The position numbers and the translations under genes were made by a program. Shown in pieces: positions 25,217 through 28,969 of a stretch of DNA of 28,969 bases. Below the pieces are notes generated by a model. The model saw only the letters and a list, made by a program, of their open reading frames with translations. It was not told the DNA's origin and ran no database searches. Source of the stretch: a virus (taxonomy: Duplodnaviria > Heunggongvirae > Uroviricota > Caudoviricetes); IMG/VR virus record IMGVR_UViG_3300031784_000007; one strand, 5' to 3'. Each line of letters begins with the position of its first letter. The stretch's first letter is position 1.

Positions 25217-25310
25217 TAGTCAGGACAGGATTCGAACCTGTGTAAAGTTTACAAGCTTTAACTACCACATTCATTAGTGGTATGCGTTATACCAATTCCG
25301 CCACCTGACT
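25217..25310 (-). tRNA. Atypical class-II tRNA-like element 3 (94 nt), identity unassignable
   Basis: Same acceptor and T arm; D arm GCG-GAATTGGTATAA-CGC; anticodon-like arm TACCAC/GTGGTA with 8-nt loop TAATGAAT; long variable arm AAAG/CTTT; no encoded CCA. Confidence 0.55.
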
Positions 25311-25419
25311 ATTTTTCATTTATAAACGGATTGTCCCCATCTTTATCAAATGCTCCAAATAACCCTAAGGTCAAAAAGATTACGTAGATAAAACTTAAAA
25401 CATATCCTATTGTTTCCAT
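25309..25419 (-). CDS. 36-aa single-helix membrane micro-protein (not in ORF track)
   Basis: METIGYVLSFIYVIFLTLGLFGAFDKDGDNPFINEK; ATG 4 bp after TATCTTTG (25424..25431); its TAG overlaps element 3. Confidence 0.6.
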   Translation of the reverse strand: METIGYVLSFIYVIFLTLGLFGAFDKDGDNPFINEK

Positions 25420-25470
25420 ACAACAAAGATAATAATTTCAATTCAAATAAACAAGGGATATATAATTTAC

Positions 25471-25983
25471 TTATGACACAGGACACTTACATCCTGGTCT
25501 ACAATAAGGTAAACTGAAATTAACACCTAACACCTTAACCAAGTCCCCCCACTTTAATAGATACTCATCAGTCATCCATGTATATAAATCCTCATTGTTG
25601 TATTTCCAATTCTTAATCAAGGCAGATAATTTTGGTTTGGTGTTAATATCCTTAAACAAATTAACAATATCACCTGAACCAATACCCTCCATCGCTGATT
25701 TCATTTTCTCACCAATTGGTTTAACCATGTTCCAATCATTTGACGTTGATGTCCATGTCTTGGATTGGATAAATAATTGTTCAACCCTTTCTTGGTTATC
25801 ATACTCACAAGGTAATTCATCAACGGGACTATCCTCAGGAAACCCAATATTACGACCCCCTGAACTCTTAGGTGCCTTACTTAAGTTAAATCTACCCACA
25901 GGTGGTCTTGATGCCATTGTACCAATAATTGACTGTTCAGAATATATCTTAGCCAATTGTTCCTCAGTGATAATGATTTTCAT
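25471..25983 (-). CDS. MKIIITEEQ-leader protein with annexin-repeat-like domain
   Basis: MKSAMEGIGSGDIVNLF...EDLYTWMTDE resembles the annexin repeat AMKGLGTDE..I..IL...DL...L.SE; ends in CRPGCKC. Confidence 0.5.
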   Translation of the reverse strand: MKIIITEEQLAKIYSEQSIIGTMASRPPVGRFNLSKAPKSSGGRNIGFPEDSPVDELPCEYDNQERVEQLFIQSKTWTSTSNDWNMVKPIGEKMKSAMEGIGSGDIVNLFKDINTKPKLSALIKNWKYNNEDLYTWMTDEYLLKWGDLVKVLGVNFSLPYCRPGCKCPVS

Positions 25984-26002
25984 ATTCAATAAATACCCCC
26001 AA

Positions 26003-26299
26003 CTAAGAAAACGTTGGGGAATCAAGTTCATTCATCTTTTCCCAATGTAACATAATTTTGAACCTGAACAAATACTTCATAATTGGAATTAACTCATTGA
26101 CCCTTTTATAATATTCATTATGTACAACACAATCATGTTCATAAGTTTGAACAAACCATTCAGATAGATTACGAGATGACATATTCAAATATTCTTCCTT
26201 GTGTTGTGAAACAAGATAGAATGGATGATTATTTAAATGATAAGTCAAATAAGAATCAATATTAGATACCCTTCTCTTAATTGACGTTGAAATCTCCAT
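26003..26299 (-). CDS. Leaderless member of the acidic/aromatic helical module family
   Basis: Start moved to MEISTSIKRRVSNID (compare SVRRRLSEIS); TATCTTTG at 26304..26311 (minus). Confidence 0.65.
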   Translation of the reverse strand: MEISTSIKRRVSNIDSYLTYHLNNHPFYLVSQHKEEYLNMSSRNLSEWFVQTYEHDCVVHNEYYKRVNELIPIMKYLFRFKIMLHWEKMNELDSPTFS

Positions 26300-26328
26300 A
26301 TTACAAAGATACCAAATTAATGGGAAAT

Positions 26329-26355
26329 AAAAAACCCCCACACTCGGTAGGGGTT
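26329..26355 (-). terminator. Intrinsic terminator
   Basis: AAAAAACCCCC-ACACTCGGTA-GGGGTT. Confidence 0.7.
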
Positions 26356-26451
26356 ATTAATCTTACAAATTACACCATCCAAGACAAACTTTACCAAATG
26401 TAATTTTCTTAACAAATAAACAGATAATTTTTTTCATAATTAATATATTTT

Positions 26452-26940
26452 TTAGTCTCCGTATATGTTAGAAAGTTTTCCTAAAGAAATCATTGATATA
26501 ATATAAGTTACTATACCAACAACTTCAAAACCCATTCCATAAGACACAAATGTTGCCAACAATCCTCCAATGAAAACCTTCTGTAAAATTTGTGAAAGTT
26601 TGTGTTTGTCTTTTTTTACTTCCTCATCATCCATATCCTCATTCATTGACGACATTTGTTCACCATTATCAGCATCTGGTCTACCAGGTTTTTCAACTCC
26701 CATACCCCCACCTGAAACTATTTCGTTTGCAACATCAATCATCATATCTTTTAATTGTGTTTTACCATACTTGTCCAACATCATTTTCAAAACTCTTAAA
26801 TCTCTACGACTCAAAGAACCCTTAATCATTTCTTTTTGCTCTTGGGATAGTCCTTTTTCAGATGCTTGGCTGTTTTCAGTCATAACCCTTTTTATAATTC
26901 TGTATAAATCGGATTCAGTAAGTTTTATAATCTTTGTCAT
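26452..26940 (-). CDS. KLTESDL-leader protein with two C-terminal transmembrane helices
   Basis: Start moved to MTKIIKLTESDL; TATTTATA at 26956..26963; VFIGGLLATFVSYGMG and VVGIVTYIISMISLG are hydrophobic. Confidence 0.8.
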   Translation of the reverse strand: MTKIIKLTESDLYRIIKRVMTENSQASEKGLSQEQKEMIKGSLSRRDLRVLKMMLDKYGKTQLKDMMIDVANEIVSGGGMGVEKPGRPDADNGEQMSSMNEDMDDEEVKKDKHKLSQILQKVFIGGLLATFVSYGMGFEVVGIVTYIISMISLGKLSNIYGD

Positions 26941-26974
26941 AATAATATTTTTAATTATAAATATATTGAAAAAC

Positions 26975-27003
26975 AAAAAACCCCACCTGATTAGGATGGG
27001 GTT
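26975..27003 (-). terminator. Intrinsic terminator
   Basis: AAAAAACCCCA-CCTGATTAGGA-TGGGGTT. Confidence 0.75.
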
Positions 27004-27025
27004 GAAATCGTTTTAAATATATTTT

Positions 27026-27295
27026 TTATCTTTCCCATTGACCCATCAGGATATCATCATATTCCATACGAAGGTCATCAATATCAACACCCATATCTTC
27101 AAGTTCACTTTCAACAGGTGAAAATACATCTTGCATCCAATCGTATACGTCATCATAATCCTCTTGTGGGGTTGATTCGGCTTCCTTCATTAACATATCA
27201 ATAATCATCTCAGGTGTAACCTCAGATTCTTCTTTAATAACTCGTCTAACAATACGAGCTAAATCTGATTCAGTAAGTCTTATAACTTTTTTCAT
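27026..27295 (-). CDS. MKKVIRLTESDL leader plus acidic helical module
   Basis: 89 aa; DYDDVYDWMQDV...LRMEYDDILMGQW parallels the other module copies. Confidence 0.8.
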   Translation of the reverse strand: MKKVIRLTESDLARIVRRVIKEESEVTPEMIIDMLMKEAESTPQEDYDDVYDWMQDVFSPVESELEDMGVDIDDLRMEYDDILMGQWER

Positions 27296-27541
27296 AATTG
27301 TCTTTTATATTAAATATTCCAAAAATTTTTTTTTACACTTTGACCCCTTCACTTGAATAGGGGGTCATGTTTTAAAACCCCCCCTCCCACCATTTACAAA
27401 TATAGGAAAAATTTCCCAAAAATTCTATTTCACATATAGGGGTCCCTTTTAAGAAGGGGGGTCATGTTCCCGAACGGTATTTTTTATAACCATATGTTCC
27501 CCATCCATATAGTATATTCCCGAACGGGAAATTAAGAATGT

Positions 27542-27901
27542 TTAACGATTATACAAATCATTTAAACTTCCCATATTGGTAATGTGTACTTCTTTAGGGG
27601 TCATACCAAACTTATCTGAAAACCATTTTTTAAAAAAGTCATAGAAAAGAAGATTATCAGTTACCGATGGAAAAATTTTTTTCATTCTAATGTACACCCT
27701 TGAGTCAATCCATAATTCATCTTTATCTAATACAAACTGCATTATGTAATTATTATTATTTCTTGAGTAACGAACTAATTTATAACCATAATACACATAA
27801 ACCCAATCTCCTATCCTTTTTGTTTTTAGTTTGGGGTATGAAACCTCAAATACATTATCAAGGACATCAAAAAATTGTTCCTCTGTTATTATATAATCCA
27901 T
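27542..27901 (-). CDS. MDYIITEEQ-leader protein
   Basis: Start moved to 27901; TATTTATA at 27906..27913. ELWID...KKIF...FKKWFSDKFG resembles the last module of 17497..18432 and the first of 15529..17508. Confidence 0.75.
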   Translation of the reverse strand: MDYIITEEQFFDVLDNVFEVSYPKLKTKRIGDWVYVYYGYKLVRYSRNNNNYIMQFVLDKDELWIDSRVYIRMKKIFPSVTDNLLFYDFFKKWFSDKFGMTPKEVHITNMGSLNDLYNR

Positions 27902-27994
27902 ATGGTATAAATACACCCGACTCAGGAAAGGGGGGTTCCAACTTCCCAATAATTTTTTCCCAAAATTTCTTTGACGGGATTGTCCCCCCTTTTT

Positions 27995-28003
27995 TTATCC
28001 ACA
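27995..28003 (+). promoter_or_regulatory. Perfect DnaA box
   Basis: TTATCCACA. Confidence 0.5.
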
Positions 28004-28244
28004 ACCCCTATATAAGGGGGGATACGGGAGGGGGGACCCCCACCCACAGGGGGTAATAGGGGGGTCAATGGTCCATTATGATGGGGTCCCTCCCCATTTT
28101 AGAGGTCCATTAGAATACCCCTCCTCTAATGGGTTATAAAGGGGGGTTAGGTATATGGGGTGTGTATAACTTTATTTTTTTATTAACTATTTTTAACAGT
28201 ATGGTAGGGGGATTTGTTTATGTCAACTATATTGTGTATCTTTG

Positions 28245-28354
28245 TATTGTGATAATGATTAGGTTCAGTCACGGGCGGGGAACAGATTGTTTCGTGGGGT
28301 GTTCTAAGGGACTCTGCTTTTTACGTAAGTAAAAAGGAGCAAGGGAACCTGCCT
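28245..28354 (+). ncRNA. Candidate structured small RNA A
   Basis: Follows TATCTTTG (28237..28244). GGGCGGG/CCTGCCT closing stem and CTTTTTAC-GTAA-GTAAAAAG hairpin with GNRA loop. Confidence 0.4.
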
Positions 28355-28380
28355 TATATATTATATAACCCCTTACTATG

Positions 28381-28456
28381 GTGGGGGCGAGCTACCTCTG
28401 ATTCCTTCAGGTAATGTATTCCCCGCCCGTAGTCCTCTACCCGATTTCCTACAATA
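28381..28456 (-). ncRNA. Candidate structured small RNA B, convergent with and homologous to A
   Basis: Follows TACCTTTG (28457..28464, minus). GGGCGGG/CTCGCCC closing stem with inner TACC/GGTA and TGA/TCA hairpin. Confidence 0.4.
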
Positions 28457-28536
28457 CAAAGGTACGGATAATATGTCAGACCACAAAATTTATTTTACAT
28501 TTTGTTTTTCCCCTTCCCTGTTGTATCTTTGTGTCT

Positions 28537-28767
28537 ATGTATAATGACTTGTTAGAGATGAGAGATATCCTGAGTGATATAGCGTCAGAGCTATATGGTG
28601 AACTCTATGTGTGTAATGATAACTTTTGGGGTTCCCCTACCGAAAGGGAAATGTATAAGGTTGAAGAGTCACTCTCTAACTTGGGGTTTAAATATATCCC
28701 CTCACCTGACATGATGTCCCTTGTTGACATGATTGCCCAAGAGAAGGGGATGAAACGTAGGGACTAA
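28537..28767 (+). CDS. 76-aa hypothetical protein
   Basis: Start moved to MYNDLLEMRD, 5 bp after TATCTTTG (28524..28531). Confidence 0.7.
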   Translation: MYNDLLEMRDILSDIASELYGELYVCNDNFWGSPTEREMYKVEESLSNLGFKYIPSPDMMSLVDMIAQEKGMKRRD

Positions 28768-28772
28768 TATAC

Positions 28773-28969
28773 TGTGGGATAAAGTGGGGGACCATAAAGT
28801 GGGGTTATCACACCCATAACTTATCCACCTGACACCATGTCATATGTGGATAACTATACTGTGAGGGGGAAATATGTTGATAACTTTTCATTGAAATATT
28901 TGGAATTGTCAAAATGTCAGTCACGCTTTCGCTACGACACAATCCCTTTGGGGGTTTATGGTTATCCCA
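28773..28969. promoter_or_regulatory. Cluster of DnaA-box-like sites (candidate origin region, may continue past the window)
   Basis: TGTGGATAA (28845..28853, perfect reverse box), TTATCCACC (28821..28829), TGTTGATAA (28875..28883), TTATCACAC (28805..28813), TGTGGGATAA near 28773. Confidence 0.5.

Noticed and set aside
24703-25310. Assigning the three elements as functional tRNA-Leu genes
   Set aside because: The scaffold is Leu-like, but none has a 5-bp stem with a 7-nt anticodon loop, so no anticodon can be read. The inserts are far too short for group I introns.
1911-27016. Antisense or out-of-frame track ORFs (1911, 3702, 4188, 8395, 10177, 11000, 11283, 11844, 12735, 18184, 18575, 20200, 20330, 22232, 22469, 22699, 23142, 25595, 26570, 26592)
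   Set aside because: Each lies inside or across better-supported genes, has biased composition typical of shadow frames, and lacks either promoter motif.
749-27913. Reading TATAAATA hits as ordinary T4-type late promoters
   Set aside because: At almost every site the gene lying just downstream is on the strand that reads TATTTAT(A), so the orientation is opposite to T4.
28255-28354. Cobalamin riboswitch for RNA candidate A
   Set aside because: AAGGGAA is present, but the following CGGTG-AA-TCC and GCCCCCGC-ACTGT elements are not.
27700-28536. Plus-strand ORFs 27700..28056, 28129..28332 and the 5' extension 28414..28536
   Set aside because: They translate G/C-run, promoter and hairpin sequence; the first overlaps a supported minus-strand gene.
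1-28969. Stop-codon reassignment (alternative genetic code)
   Set aside because: Long ORFs tile the window under code 11, and TAG and TGA end genes at sensible boundaries (e.g. TAG followed by TGA at 2916; ATGA overlap at 1392).

Overview
AT-rich (about 30% GC by eye) accessory region of a large dsDNA phage genome, most likely a jumbo/huge phage of a Bacteroidota host. Host evidence: many TAnnTTTG (-7) promoter elements, some with TTTG 20 bp upstream, no Shine-Dalgarno motifs, and Bacteroidota-style lipoproteins. About 50 mostly short, densely packed genes on both strands. Recognisable products: PG-binding/GH19 endolysin, TM-anchored GAF-like protein, DUF481-like beta-barrel, CAP-domain protein, HExxH metallopeptidase, 2H phosphoesterase, PD-(D/E)xK-like nuclease, DUF551. 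No capsid, terminase, polymerase, integrase or cas genes are visible. Most unusual: (1) a 659-aa ORF built from 24 copies of a 36-nt repeat separated by unique, mostly 30-33-nt spacers, CRISPR-like in geometry but fully in frame; (2) three tRNA-shaped elements with identical ends and unrelated middles that punctuate an operon of micro-ORFs; (3) about 21 unrelated proteins carrying a few families of N-terminal leaders ending in [ILVM]-x-E, mostly behind a TATTTAT motif, suggesting capsid-targeted, protease-matured cargo built from shuffled modules; (4) a non-coding, G/C-run-rich right end with DnaA-box-like sites and two convergent, homologous structured RNA candidates. All domain calls are from motif recognition by eye; no database search was run.
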